A model generated the notes under the pieces. The model was not told where the DNA came from. It did not search any database and saw only the letters and a program-made list of their open reading frames with translations. Shown here one piece after another: positions 27,569 to 42,609 of a stretch of DNA of 64,000 nt (the stretch's first letter is position 1; each line of letters begins with the position of its first letter). The position numbers and the translations under genes are program-made. Source of the stretch: Octopus sinensis (lineage: Eukaryota); the NCBI RefSeq assembly GCF_006345805.1, contig NC_043013.1:27466001-27530000 (forward strand), read 5' to 3'.

Positions 27569-30500
27569 ATATAAAAACACTACGCTCATTATTATATTAA
27601 GAGATAATAACAGCAAACTCTGATAGTACAATGGCATTTAGTTACCACTAACACACTGCAGACATTGTACATCCAAGGTGCATTGCTAAAATCAAGCACC
27701 TATGTACATCTGTGGGGATGCTGCTGACAAGCAATAAAAACCAATGGGAAGATTTTAAGAAGAGGATTTTAAGTTACCTCAAGAAACTGGAAAGCTTTAT
27801 TCCACGCCGAATTAGCAGCTGGTCCACTACGCAACCCTCCACAACCCTTGGCCATAGTTGCTAACAAATCAGCTATGTTAGCCAATGTTCGGGCTGCAAT
27901 CCCAGGAGTTTCCTGACAGTTTATGGCAACTGAAAATAAACAACAATACTTGCATATATATAACATATATACATACATATATGTACAAACACACAGACAC
28001 ACACATTGTTAATCTCTCAACACCTAAAAATAAAGCCACGTCCCTTTCTACTACATTCCCTCTTACTTGTGGGTGTTGCCTAGCAAGTTACTTGAAAGAA
28101 AGCACCCTGTACACACTGTGAAGTGGTTGATGTTAGGAAGGGTATCCAGCCATGGAAATTATGCCAAAGCAGACATTTGGCTTGATGGATCCTGTTACAT
28201 CATCCAACCCATGCCATTATGAAAAAAGGATATGGAGTCATGATGATGATATAAATAGAAAAAAAAATTAAATCAAAATATTCAGTGATTCTTGATGGAT
28301 CATTGAGCTGCAACGAAATACTTCTTTCCGTATAGTATGTTGAAGGCAAGTCCACTTAGCAGAATTTCTTATTTCTAGGCTTCTGACTCACTCAAATTTG
28401 CAAGTGTGAGGCTTGAGCTAACGGAACCTGTGTTACAGATTAGGTTTCTAAGGAGCTTACAACTAATCTATGATGGTTGGATAACTGACAGCATTATTAA
28501 TAAACATAGAATGCTATAAGAATTCAAATCAATATATTAATGACACAATATTATGTAATTGTATACAGTCATATTGATCACATTCATGTACACTTGGGCA
28601 GGGGAAGACCTTTCACTGCAGAAATAGACATGGCACAAATTCTCCTCACAGACACAAGGCAATGGATGACACCAGCTGATTGTAGGATGTATGCATTTCT
28701 GTATCATTGCACACTGTCAGCTATGAATATTAAATTCTTGTTTTAACAGCCCTATAAAAATGATAGTGCTAATCTATAAGAACAGTAAAAAGTACATTTA
28801 CTGATGTGCATGATGCTTGGTCATGGAATTAAATAACTAGTGTTGCATAAAGCAGCATTGAATAGAATGTAATTATGTTATGTATAACCATATTTAGCAA
28901 GATCATGTTTCCATCTTAAATACAAGGTTAATATTCATAAATGGAGACTGACGAATGGTTAATAAGGGCAGTACAGGCCCTATACAGAGAGGCCGTTAGC
29001 AAGGTTAGGATTGGCAATGAGTATAGTGAAGAATTCCAGGTAGAAGTAGGGGTCCACCAAGGTTCAGCCCTCAGTCCCCTTTTATTCATCATAGTCCTCC
29101 AGGCAATAACAGAGGAATTCAAGACGGGTTGCCCCTGGGAGCTTCTCTATGCTGATGACCTGGCCCTCATAGCAGAATCACTACCGTAACTAGAGAAGAA
29201 ATTTTGGGTGTGGAAGCTAGGTTTAGAATCAAAAGGCCTTAGAGTCAATGTAGCAAAGACCAAAGTTATAGTAAGTAGGAAGGCGAACTCATCACACACA
29301 CCCTCAAGTAGGTGGCCCTGCTCAATCTGTAGGAAAGGTGTAGGTAGAAACTCCATAAGATGTACCCAATGTAAGCTATGGATGCATAAGAGGTGCAGTA
29401 ACATCAAAGGAAAATTAACCGAGAAGATAGCTTTTGTGTGCAGCAGTTGCACAGGGGCAATAGACACCACAGATACTCAGAAAACAGATTCCATCACACT
29501 CCAGGGGGAGAAACTAGGAGTAGTTGATAGTTTCCGCTACCTGGGTGACCAAGTTAGTAGTAGAGGTGGATGCTCAAAGAGTTTCACCACTAGAATACAA
29601 ATAGCCTGGGCAAAGTTTAGAAAGCTTCTACCCCTACTGGTGACAAAGGGTCTCTCTCTCTCTCTCAGAGTGAAAGGTAGATTGTACGATGCGAACTGCA
29701 TGCTTCATGGTAGTGAAACATGGGCTGTGACTGCAGAGGACATGCGTAGGCTTGAAAGAAATGAAGCTAGCATGATCCGCTGGATGTGTAATGTCAGTGT
29801 GCACACATGACAGAGTGTAAGTGCCCTGAGAGAAATGCTGGACATAAGAAGCATTGGATGTGGCATGCAAGAGAGACATCTGCGCTGATATGGTCATGTA
29901 CTACGGATGGATGAGGAGAGATTTGTGAAGAAGTGCCACTCCCAAACAGTTGAAGGAATCCGGGGTAGAGGTAGACCTAGGAAGGCATGGGATGAGGTGG
30001 TTAAGCATGACCTTTGAATGTTGTGCCTCACAGAGACAATGACGAAAGACCGAGACCTCTGGAGATATGCTGTGACTGCGAAGACTCGACAAATAATGTG
30101 AGTTCATGGCTGTTTCCTGCACCAGCTTCGCATAGAAGCCCCAGCCCATCCAAAGTACCTTGGATTGCAGGACAGCCTGCTGTGCTTACCTTGGATCATA
30201 GGGGGACCTGCTGTGCTTGAGGAAACCTATTGAGTCAAGTACATCAACATCAAAAAATCAAATGGATCTTGTAGTTGTGATACCTGTGCCGAACGTGGCC
30301 GATGCCAGCGCTGCTTTGACTGGCTTCCGTGCCAGTGGCATGTAAAAAGCATCAACCGATCATAACCGTTGCTAGCCTCCCCTGGCATCTGTGTCGGTGG
30401 CATGTAAAAAGCACCCACTACACTCATGGAGTGGTTGGCGTTAGGAAGGGCATCTAGCTGTAGAAACACTGTCAGATCAGACTGGAGCAGCGTCCTGGCT

Positions 30501-33500
30501 TCCCAGACCCCGGTCGAACTGTCCAACCCATGCTAGCATGCAAAACAGACGTTAAACAATGATGATGATGAACACAATTTATCAAATTATTCCAGTAAAG
30601 TTGTGTTAATCCCAAAGATAAGCTGGCAGGATTTGAGTTCAAAATATCAAAATATTTAGTTTATTGTCCTCATTTCTGCGATCTAATTTCTCTTAACTCT
30701 GAGATGTTTTGTTGATATTTCATATTCTTCCAATTACTGTCTCCTTATGAGAAAAGAGAGAATAAAATTGAAGGCTTAGATGAGCTCTAAAGATTCTTTC
30801 TGAACAATATTATTTGTATCTACCAATTGTTATAGAATTGATATTTCAAATGTGAATGTGCATGTATGTTTATATATCATTATTTTGTATTATTTTATAT
30901 TATAATATATATATATATTATATATATCATTGTTTTAATGACCACTTTTCCATGTTTGAATGGTTTGGATGTTGTTTGAGACAGATTTCCCCATGGCCAG
31001 TTACGTTTTTGTAGAATACTGAAAATTAAGGACACTGCTTGTATAACAGCGACACTCAACTATCATGCTGTATCTAATCAAAGAGACACAAATATATACA
31101 CATGTATACAGAGGCTTCTTTCAGTTTCTGTCAACTGAACCCTCTCCCAAGGCATTGACTAGCCCAGGGCTATAGGAGACACTTGCCCAAGGTGCTGTGT
31201 AATGAGACTGAACCTGAAGCCATGTGGTAGCAAAGCAAGCTTCTTAACTATGTCACCATTCCTACCCCTCTCCTCTCTCTTGATTGATCAATAGATAGAC
31301 AGATATAGTGTGTGTGGGTGTGTGGGGGTGTGTGGGTGTGTGTGGGTGTGTGGGTGGGTGTGGGTGTGTGTGGGTGTGTGGGTGTGTGTAAAAGTTATTT
31401 TCTTTTTATATCAAATAATAGATTTTATCCATACATAAACTGATCAGGACTAAGAAATATTTGTTTCTGCATTTTGATAATTTAAATGTTATATTATTAA
31501 CGGAATGCTATTCTTATACCTTTATATTATTCTTCATTTGATTTTGAATGGTTTGATTTAAATTTTTTTTTTCATTAAAAAAAAAAACCCACATCAAAAC
31601 ATTTCTAATTACCTTTTCCCTTATTTCTGCAGAGAAAAGATCTTTTAATTAGTGAAGGATATTTTTTTAAAAAATGGTTATGAAATTCAAAAATATATAA
31701 ATGAAAGGCAAAAGAAAATAAAAGAAGTCCTACCATTGTCCAATGCCTTCAACATGCTTAAAGAATATTCTTGTGATTCCAGTGTGACACTTTTGTAAAT
31801 ATATCGCAGACCATTATTTTCTCCATTTAAAAGAGTTGTTTTCACATGCTGTTCACTAATTTCATAGAACAGTTTTCTGAGAAAAGTAAATTTAAAATTG
31901 GTTTGGAACTGGTATGCCTTCAATTTTTAGTTAAGAAAATCTATAATCATTGGCAAAGATATATATAATGTCCATTTTCCATGCTGACATGGGTAAAATG
32001 GATCGACAGGAACTGGCAAGTCAGGGAGTTGCACCAGACTCCAGTTGTCTGTTTTGACATGGTTTCTATGGCTGGATGCCCTTCCTAACACCAACCACAT
32101 TACAGAGTTTACTGGGTACTTTACATGTGGCACCAGCACTGGCACTTTGTGCATGGTGCCAACACAGGTGAGCTTTACATGGCATCAGCTGAGAAAGAGA
32201 GGGAACTGTAAAATAGGTGAGATGAATTGTATAACACTGCCACAGTTGTCTCCATGTTTTAAGCTTCTAAAGCAAAGCTTTTGAAGACCTGATCTTTTCA
32301 ATCCTCTGCTTTTTTCTTGATCTTTCTCTATTCTCACAAGTTTGTAAAAGTTCAACTAGCTCTGTAAAGACGAGTGAAGCGCTGTGAATTCTGTAATCAT
32401 GTGTGGAACATTTATAATATATATTTCTTTACTGCCCACAAGGGGCTAAACATAGAGAGGACAAACGGATTAAGTTGATTATATTGACCCCAGTGCGTAA
32501 CTGGTACTTATTTAATCGACCCCGAAAGGATGAAAGGCAAAGTTGACCTCAGCGGAATTTGAACTCAGAACGTTACAGCAGCTGAAATACGGCTATGCAT
32601 TTCGCCTGGCATGCTAACGTTTCTGCCAGCTCGCCACCTTTTAATTATAATATAATGCAAGCTTGAACATAATTTCAAAACATAAACATCATATATTTAA
32701 ATGACAGCTTGCTTTGTTTATAAACAGTAAAGCCAACAACAAGGGAAGCTCTATGCAGTCACTCATCCTGCTAGGAATAGCAGCCAAATCTCAGTAAAAA
32801 TTCACATCCTACCATCAAAGGAAAGAACACAATAATGTTTCTAGGTGCACTGTGAACAAAAAAAAAGATGGGATAGTCACACCTGGAATATTTATGATCA
32901 TAAATCTGCTCAATTAAAGCTGGTTAGTGCTAAACAGCAGCAACAACTGTGCTTAAAAGAATGTGAAATAAAATTATGCAGCTATGTATTGATAGTGCAC
33001 CTCAGATAGAGATTCTTTACACAGACCAAAGTCTCATCTCTAACAGTCAGTTAAGCTTTTTGAAGAAACACAAAGAATTCTTTGAATTACCTTCGAAGAG
33101 AAAATTCACTGCTAAGGTCGACTAATTTTAAAATCTCTGATAAAGATAATCTCCAAGATTCTCTCCATCTGAAACAGTGAAGAATTAATAAATAAAAATA
33201 AAGTTAAAAACAGAGGAAAATGCATGATTTCACAATTCTTCTAATTCAACAAGTGACAGTACATAGATAATAATAATAATAATAATCCTTTCTACTAAAG
33301 GCACACAGCCTGAAATTTGGGGAAGAGGATAGTTGAATATATTGATCCCACTGCTCAATTGGTACTTAATTTATCAACCCCGAAAGAATGAAAGGAAAGT
33401 CAACCTCGGTGGAATTTGAACTCAGAACATAAAGATGGATGAAATGCCACTAAGCATTTTGCCTGGCATGCTAACGACTCTGCCAGCTTGCCACCTTAAT

Positions 33501-36500
33501 AATAATTATCCTTTCTACTATAGGCACAAGGCCTGAAATTTTGGGACCAGTCGATTACATCAACCCCTAGTGCGTAATTGGTACTAAATTTATCGACCCT
33601 TAAAGGATGAAAGGCAAAGTCAATCTCAGCGGAATTTGAACTCAGAACGTAAAGATAGATGAAATACTGCTAAGTATTTTACCCAGTGTGCTAATGGTTC
33701 TGCCAGCTCACTGCCTTAATGATAATGGTAATAATAATGAACTTATTGTATACAGTGCTCAGGTGCACTACAACTCATTAGAAAAAAGTAGCCAAAAGTG
33801 CATGAACAGTACATGGAATAATGCACAAGAAGTGAACAGTGAAGGAGTCATTTAAAAAAAAAATGGTCGGGGATGCAGATCAGAAGTATTGCTGGTGAAT
33901 TTCAGGAAGTATGTAAATTTTGAAGGATGTAGTGTCCCAACAGCTAATAACTGATGTGGGTAGTTTACCCCATGCTTCAATTCCTTTTTAATGAATTCTC
34001 ACTCATACTATGAGTAGTATTATTAACCAAGACATGCCAAATATAACTTTCAGAATATTTGTCTCCTTTCAGAAAGATTTGTGTCCCAAAACTCTAAAGT
34101 GTTTAAAATTCATTCTTAGCTAATTTTGAACTAATACTGTTTCTATCACTGACTTTATACACACTTAACTGTATATATATGTTGAAAGCCTTTGAAACTG
34201 TGGTATTTGTTTTTGACTCTTTATGTTTGTAAGAGATACTTTTTCAAGACAATGAAGAATATCAGTAACAGGCAAAGGTCATCCATTGTTTGGTAGTGAT
34301 TTCGCTGGATCTAAATTTCTGCTCGTTAGCTTCTTTGGTAACAAATATCCCTGTCACCTCATGTCAAGCAAGCATCAACTGCAACCTGTTAAACATTGAC
34401 TGAAAGGTCACTGACACTGCATTTAGCTGGCAAGCAGAAATCCAGATCCAGCAACTTCATCACCAATGCTGTGTATCCTTCACATTATTTGCAGCTATTT
34501 TGGTGTTTTTAACACTTAAATCTATAAGAGATAATTTCTCAAGGAAAATATTTCAGTTTAAAAGGCTTTCAACCAACATACACTTACAGGGTATGAGATA
34601 GTGAGTTCAGTTTCTGGACCAGGCTGTGTGTTGTATTCTTGAGCAAGATACTTTATTTCACGTTGATCCAGTTCACTCAACTGAAGAAATGAGTAGTGAT
34701 GTCACTGATGCCAAGATGTTATCAGCCTTTGCCTTTCCCTTGGATAACATCGGTGGCATGGAGAGGAGATGCTGGTACGCATGGGCAACTGCTGGTACGC
34801 ATGGGCAACTGCTGGTCCTCCATAAACAACCTTGTCCGGACTTGTGCCTTGGAGGGGAACTTTCTAAGTGCAATCCCATGGTTAACCATGACCAAAAGGG
34901 ATCTTGACCCTTTACAGATTGCTAATTCTAAAATATTGTTGTTTATCTCCAGTCAATCCTAAAAGAACTGACCAAAGATCAAAAGCATTACAACCATGGT
35001 CATCTGATTAATTTTTCAGTGCATCCAAGAAACTCATTGTATATGTGTAAATATGTGCATGCATGTGTGTGTGTGGTGTGTGTGTGTTGTATTTTTGTGT
35101 GTGTTAGTTCCCCACACCACTACCAACCACTTGACAGCCAGTCTTGGTTTGTTTACATCTCCATAACTTAATGGTTTGAAAAAAGAGACTGATAGAATAA
35201 GTATCACATTTAAAAAAATTGCATTGGGGTGTAACTGCTTGACTAAAACCCTTCAAAGTGGTGCCCCAGGATGGCTACAGTCCAATGATTGAGACTAGTA
35301 AAATTCATCTATTTATCGATCTATGTATAAAATCATTATTTAATGAAACCTTACTTCTTGGGAACTTCAGCTCCATCACAGCTTTCACCTAACAGCCACA
35401 GAATTTCTTTCATACCAACATTTTCTTCATGGTGGAAAATAGGAAACAGCTTTGCAGTCCAAAGAACTTTTTTAGAAGAATCCTAAATAAAGAAATTTAA
35501 AGATTGTGAGAGAGAGAGAGAGAGAGATAGAGAAAAAGAGAGAAGTTAAATATACAGGCAGAACCACACGTTTATGAATTCATTTGTTCCTGACTAGATT
35601 TGTAAATATACCTTTAATTTGTTCCCACTAAAAAAGTTGATTCTTAAAGTTTCTAAAATTGAAAGAAAAGGTTAAGATAAAAATAGAAATATTCAAGAGT
35701 ATAATTTTTTATTAAATCACAAACTAAAGAATGAAAAAATAGAAAAACGTATAAAACAAAAAAATTCAACTCGTGAAATTTAATTCGTATCCATCAGATC
35801 TGCCATCACTGGGGCCCCTTGAGTGCATGTCAATTCCATTTGTTGAGTTGCTTCTTGTTTTGATGTTTGGCCCATATTAGTTTTCTTTATTAAAAATTAT
35901 CTAAAGTTGTTCATTGAACTTTCATGATAACAAGCATGACCTCTCATTAAATTTGTAGCAACAGTTGAGCTTCTTTCAAAATCAGTATCTTGTTGCTCAA
36001 AGATTTCAATTACTTTTTCAATGTGAAGAAATACTGCATTTAGCATTTTTACAGAGAAGCATCTTTCAGGTGATTCTTCATTTTCTTCTTCTTCTTCACA
36101 TTCAAATTTTTCCATTTCTAGCAATTCTTCCTTTGTGATTTCATCACTGTCAGCATAAAAAGCTTCTTTAACAACTTCAGGTGAAATTTCAAAGTTCAAT
36201 TCCTTTGCAATATTTATGATTGAGTCAGTTTCTTTTTGAAAACCTTCATGAAGATTATCAAATCCTTCAAAAAATTGTCAGTTAATTTGAGGCAGAGATT
36301 TTTCCAAATTCTTTTTATGTTCTTTGTTGTGATTTTATCCCATGCTTTCTTTATCAGTTTTATTGCAACAAAGACATTGGAACTTTTCCAAAATTCTTGA
36401 ATCATAGGACTATTTCCTTTATCAGTCACTTTGATGAGTCTTTCAAAGGTGAAAAGGAGATAGTAAGATTTAAATGATGAAATGGCTCCTTGATCCAGAG

Positions 36501-39500
36501 GCTGTAATAAATATGTTTGTTGTATTGAGAGGTAAAAAAAAACAACAGTAATATTTTGATGGTGATGCTTTAAAAATGCAGCATGACTGGAGGCATTATC
36601 CATTATCAGAAGAATCTCGAAAGGAATTTTTTTATCCTTACAATATTTTTCTACTTTGGGAACAAAATCATTAGAAAACCAATCAGAATGACCAACTAAA
36701 CATTGGCACAAGTGTGGCTGTGTGGTAAGAAGTTTGCTTCCTAACCACATGGGCTGGGTTCAGTCCCACTCTGTGGCACCTTAGGCAAGTGTCTTCTACT
36801 AGGGCCTCAGGTCTACCAAAGCTTTGTGGATTTGGTATATGGAAACAAAGCTGCCAATCAAATAAATAAATAAATATGTGTGTGTGTGTGTGTGTTTTTG
36901 TCCCCCCACCACCACCACCACTTGACAACCCTACAACTTAGTGATTCAGCAAAAGCGACTGATAAAATAAGTACCAGGCTAAAAAAATAAAAAAAAACCC
37001 AAAATACTGGGGTTGATTTATTTGATTAAAAATTCAAGGCAGAGCTCCAGCATAGCTGCAGTCTAATGACTGAAACAAATAAAAGATAAAAGATCACAAG
37101 GTATTGAGAGCCAATGAAGGATCCTCTACATAATCATTTAACATCTAAGAAAAAGCAGCCAAATTCCCTCAAATCAGGCCTTACTGTCCTTAAAAAAAAG
37201 CAATGCATATGGAATAATATAGTTTCAGAAATTAATACCAGAAACATTTTCAGTGCAAATTCATATGGAATATAAATCAATAGTTATTTACATCAGAGGT
37301 GTTCCAAAGTTCTTCTTCTTTAATACCAGTCCTCTTGATAAAATCTTTCCACTTCTGGTTACAGAAGGTTGCATTCTCAGCATTTAAAGAACCCTGCAAG
37401 ATTAACAGGTTCATTATCATAACTAATACAAATAGATGCACATATTTATAACTTACAAACACAACCAAACAAAAGCATAAATGCACACTATACATCACAT
37501 AAACTACATGCACATATGCATACATACATACATTTTATATATATATATATATATATATAAATAAGACTGGAGATGAAGAAAAAAGGTTGGTCATTCCCCT
37601 AAAATTCTGTATAAATACTTAAATATGATTCCTGGTGAACTTTCGACAGAACAATACATGCTTTCTCCTGTCAAATACTGTCAACAAAATCTTTCTGTAT
37701 ATATGTTTATAAACAATTATGATTTCTGATGAACTTATAAACAATTTTGAACTTATTTTACTGCCTATTTTGAACACTTTTATGTAAACTTTAAACAAAG
37801 CCTCTCGTAACATTTTCTTATTGTCAAAGATTCTATTTCTTAACATCATATCATTGTCAAAGACTATTACTGTATTTTAATACATCTATGTTAACTAATT
37901 TTTAACACCACAAAGGCTACACAAAGCCTTGCACTTCACCTTTGAAAATTATTTTTTAAAAAAAGTGAAACTGGTCAAGTCAATAAACATCTTTAAAAGA
38001 CCTCTGCATTTTCAAATCCTTCCCCCCACCCCCACATCTCACATCCATACACATCTATATGCACACAGCTACAAACACACAGAAACAGTTTTGAAGACTA
38101 CTGGAAATCAAGTCACTTGTCACCAATATGAAACAATAACAAGGAAGCCTAAGACACTGTTTGATTCAAGAATAGAGAGGTAACAAGCTATTATTTTTGT
38201 CCCAATCATATGGTTCTGGGTTCAGTCCCACTGCATGGCACTGTGGGTAATTGATTTCTACTATAGCTTTGGGCCTTCCAAAACCTTGCGAGTAGACTTG
38301 ATAGATGGAAACTGAAAGAAACCTACTGTATTTATATTTGTGTGTGTTAGTCCTTGACCACCGCCTGACAACTGGTGTTGGTGTAGTTATGTCTCCATAA
38401 CTTAGTGGTTAAGCAAAAGAGACTAATAGAATAAGTATCAGACTTTTAAAAAAAAAAATGCTGGGGTCAAGTCATTCAACTAAAATTTTTCAAGCATATG
38501 CAGGTGTAAAATAGCTCAATAAAAAATTTGTTGTGTTTGTGAGGAGAGACAGATAAACTACCCGCTCACTGAACCTGCCATTACACTAAGAATGAACTCT
38601 CTAGTTAACCCACAACCTCACCAAATTCTTCTGGTTCATTTCCAAAATTACTTATGAAGCATACAACTGTTTGGCCTATCACCAAGAACATCTGTAAGCC
38701 CTGTTATCTCCTCTTCAATCACTCCACTCCCATAACCAACTAGAGTGGGGTGGAAACGGGAATTAAGCAGAAAATACTTTTTTTTAGCTCACTCACACAC
38801 ACATACAGACACACACACACACACACACACTAAAGATTGTACATGTAAAGGACCCTAATCAGTTAATTCTTCTCTAAAAATTATAGTGGTAACCCTTTTT
38901 TATCTGTGGAAATCAGATATGTCCATTCAGAATTTCATTACCCTTAACGACAGAAAACAGCTTTATATATTACTCTATCTTTTGTTGAGGGAATGTCATA
39001 CTTGAAACTATTTTCTGTTGAGGTATGTCAAGTTTATTGAGGCAACATTACTTATAGAAAATACCAATTCTATTTTTTTGGTAGAAGTTCAACAATGTTT
39101 CTTTATTACCCACAAGGGGCTAAACATAGAGGTGACAAACAAGGACAGACAAACGGATTAAGTCGATTACATCGACCCCAATGCGAAACTGGTACTTAAT
39201 TTATCAACCCCGAAAGGATGAAAGGCAAAGTCGACCTCGGCGGAATTTGAACCCAGAACGTAACGGCAGACGAAATACCGCTAAGCATTTCACCCGGCGT
39301 GCTAACGTTTCTGCCAGCTCGTCGTAGAAGTTCAACATTGTTTATGTATTTGCTTTGTAAGATTCCTGATGAGCAATCATATGTTGAAACAGATATTGTT
39401 ATATTTCAGGATGACTTTTTTTTTTCTTGCCAAATAAGAACATGCAGGATATATTCGTTCTTCATTTCAGACAAAGGAACAATCAAATAAGAACAATAAT

Positions 39501-40142
39501 AAATCTGAAATCTTTGGCACACATTTTGTAACCTCTTCAGTGACTCTCCATCCCACAATAGAACAGGAAGAGACACATGGGATGGAGAGTTGAGGAAGAG
39601 GTTACAAGAGGTGATGAAAGAGTTCAGACAAAGGACACTTAAATAAAAGCAATAATAAATCTGAAGTGAAGAACAAATATAAAATGGATGTGCTTATTTG
39701 ACAGAGAAAAAAAAAATACTATCCCAAAATATAACAATATTTAACTTCCTTACTGGAATAACAATGAATTTAATTTTGCAATGAAAGGATCAAAAGCATT
39801 TCAAAAAAAGTTTTATAAAATTTCAAAAACAAACAAACAAAAAAAAGTAATTAAAAAGCTTACATTTAATGAATCGTTGATTCCATGAACTGTCATGATA
39901 TATTTACTGGTTTCCAAGGATTTTAAAAGAATGTTAAAACCTTGAATGACTAAATTGTTAGGAAAATTCATATATTTGTTTTTCTGAAATTATAAAAATT
40001 TATATTAGAATATTCCAAAAAAGTTTTCTAAATTAACACAGAAAATTATTATTTTTTTAAAATCCATCTTTTATGTATTATATGTAAACATTTTCTAATC
40101 CTCCAATATATCAAAAAATTTAAGCAATAAAATTTTTGTTAT

Positions 40143-40188
<46 letters not shown>

Positions 40189-42536
40189 AGAGTTTATGAA
40201 AAAAACAAAAGACGAAGACAGGTGGTGTACAAAACAAACAGATGTATTAGTATAACGCTCAGGAATAGAAAAAGTCTTTTACGTTTCGAGCCTACGCTCT
40301 TTGACAGAAAGCACTCATGAAGGTCATGTTAAATGTAAAGAACTAAAGTTACTTTAAATTCAGGAAACATAAAAGTATTAAGAATCATAAAACAAGAGAT
40401 GTGCTCCAAGCAATTTGAGTCTGGATCATAGTTTTGAAACCATGTTCTTCACATCTGAGAAAGGAAATCATATTCGCTTTCAGATGTGATGAGAAGTTTC
40501 CAAATATGGAATAGTTAATGCAATAGTTTATTGTATTGGGTACGGTGTTGTAACCCAACGCTGACTCTGCTACTGCTTTGATCTACTTCCTACTACCTTA
40601 AAAATTGCATGAATTAACAGAAAGGAAAAATACACAAAAATAAGTTTATAAACTATAAAACCAAGCCTTCCTTTGCGGTCTTAGTCTTGTGAGGTACCTT
40701 AATAGTGCCAGTGGCATGAAAAAAGCACCCTGTACACTTTGTGAAGTGGTTGGCATTATGAAGGGCATCCAGCTGTAAAAATCATAAGGAAACAGATATA
40801 CAAAGCAATCCCTGGATCCATCAGATCCTGTCAAACCATCTAACCCATGCCAGCATAGAACAAGTGCTGCTTCTGATGAAGAGAAAGATGAAGTTGTGTA
40901 TATACAAAAGTTACTTTAGTAAAAAATTTGTTATTCACATATTTAGGACCAAAAGGGAAAAAAGCCAAGAAAGCATTGTTTAAAGTTAAGTGTTTTTCCT
41001 CAAAGTTTATACAGCACCAAAGACAGACTGCAAACCAATGGCCACTTTATGAAGATGGGCAGAGCAAAGACAGCTCCTTTCTAGTAACTTCAACTATTAG
41101 ATTAGCTACTTACATTTGAAAGATCCAAACGGAGGCCATTACATAGGGAATTGTTGCCAATTTGAATTTTGCCATCCAAATAACAATTAATCAACACCGA
41201 CTTTTCTCCAACTTCAATGTTCTTTTGAATGACACTGTTGATGAGTGTGCTAGTTTCGCTGATGTCTGCTTCAGACTGTAGACAAACCAGAGATTTAAGA
41301 TAAGAAATATAACATACATAATAGACTGCAGTAAATACATAGAAAAATAAGGAGCATTTTTTTCTTTAAGTTTCTTTTTAATTCACTGTTGTAAAATTCA
41401 CAATTCCAGTTTTTGGTGGGGGGGGGGGGGTGTGAAACAATCTTTGCTCTTCCTATTACTGACCATTCTAGCATGGAACAAGAGAAGTACCTGTTGCGTA
41501 TCTTGGGTACAGTGTTTATTCTAAGGTTTAAATTTGTGACTATAATGTGTGAGCATGCCTTTCTGGGAGAAGCAGGCTGCATGAAATTAGGCATGCTATT
41601 CTTTAAGTCCCATGAACCACAGGTTGCTCAGGACCGGTTTGTATTTTCTGGTGCCACATACAGTCAATTCAAAATTCTGGCTCCCAAACATGTGTCCTCT
41701 CTTTGCCTTTTCTGCAGCTACCACAATGGCCTCTGCTCCTTGTATCTGATTGATTATGTACCACCTCCACTCAGGCATTTCTGATTTACTGGTCTCTTTC
41801 TTTCATTAACCACCTTTTTCTTTTGTCAAAATAATTTTACCATTATTAATGTAGCTTTTGGTTTAGAATAAAGCAAAGAGTTTTTGTTTGCATGAAGCTA
41901 AGATAGAAGGCTTTAACTTAAATATGAATATTTTAAACTAGTGACTTTGTATCACAGAAACAGGGTATCAGCTTCTGATGGAGTTAATCTCAAAAGGACT
42001 AATAACAATAACTTACATCAATATAAGAATGGGTGAGTTTGTGCCAAACCAAATGTTTTGACTGGGATTGAAGTGGGCAGTGGATGATCTGACTGAGGAA
42101 GTCTTGAGCTGAATTAGTCAGATAGAGGTATTGGCCACCTTCTATCACACCTAAAATATATATAAAAGATCAATATTTATGTTAATTATGTAATGCATCA
42201 TAATAAAATGAGTTAAATTAATAGTTATGATTAAAAATGAGAATAGCCATTTATGTATCATACTCTATGTTAATACATCATAGATAAATTTACTGCAATA
42301 TCTGTCTGAGATAATCTCTCTTATGGACGTTACATGTTTAAAATCACAGTACATGTCAGGGAATATATTTGAAGACACTTGCCAAAGTGCCATGGAGTGC
42401 TTACTCAGAATTGCATGATTGCAGAGTAAATTTCTTAACCACGTGACTATACCTGCAACTATGTGTGTGCATATTCCTTTCTCTTTCCCTCTCACATATA
42501 CATATTTGTGAGAGTGTGTGTGTGTGGTGTGTGTGT

Positions 42537-42609
<73 letters not shown>

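Noticed and set aside
37726-37745. Other CTGATGA occurrences (37726, 40873, 15799, 55077) as hammerheads
   Set aside because: No stem II followed by GAAA; the 55077 site is RTE endonuclease coding sequence
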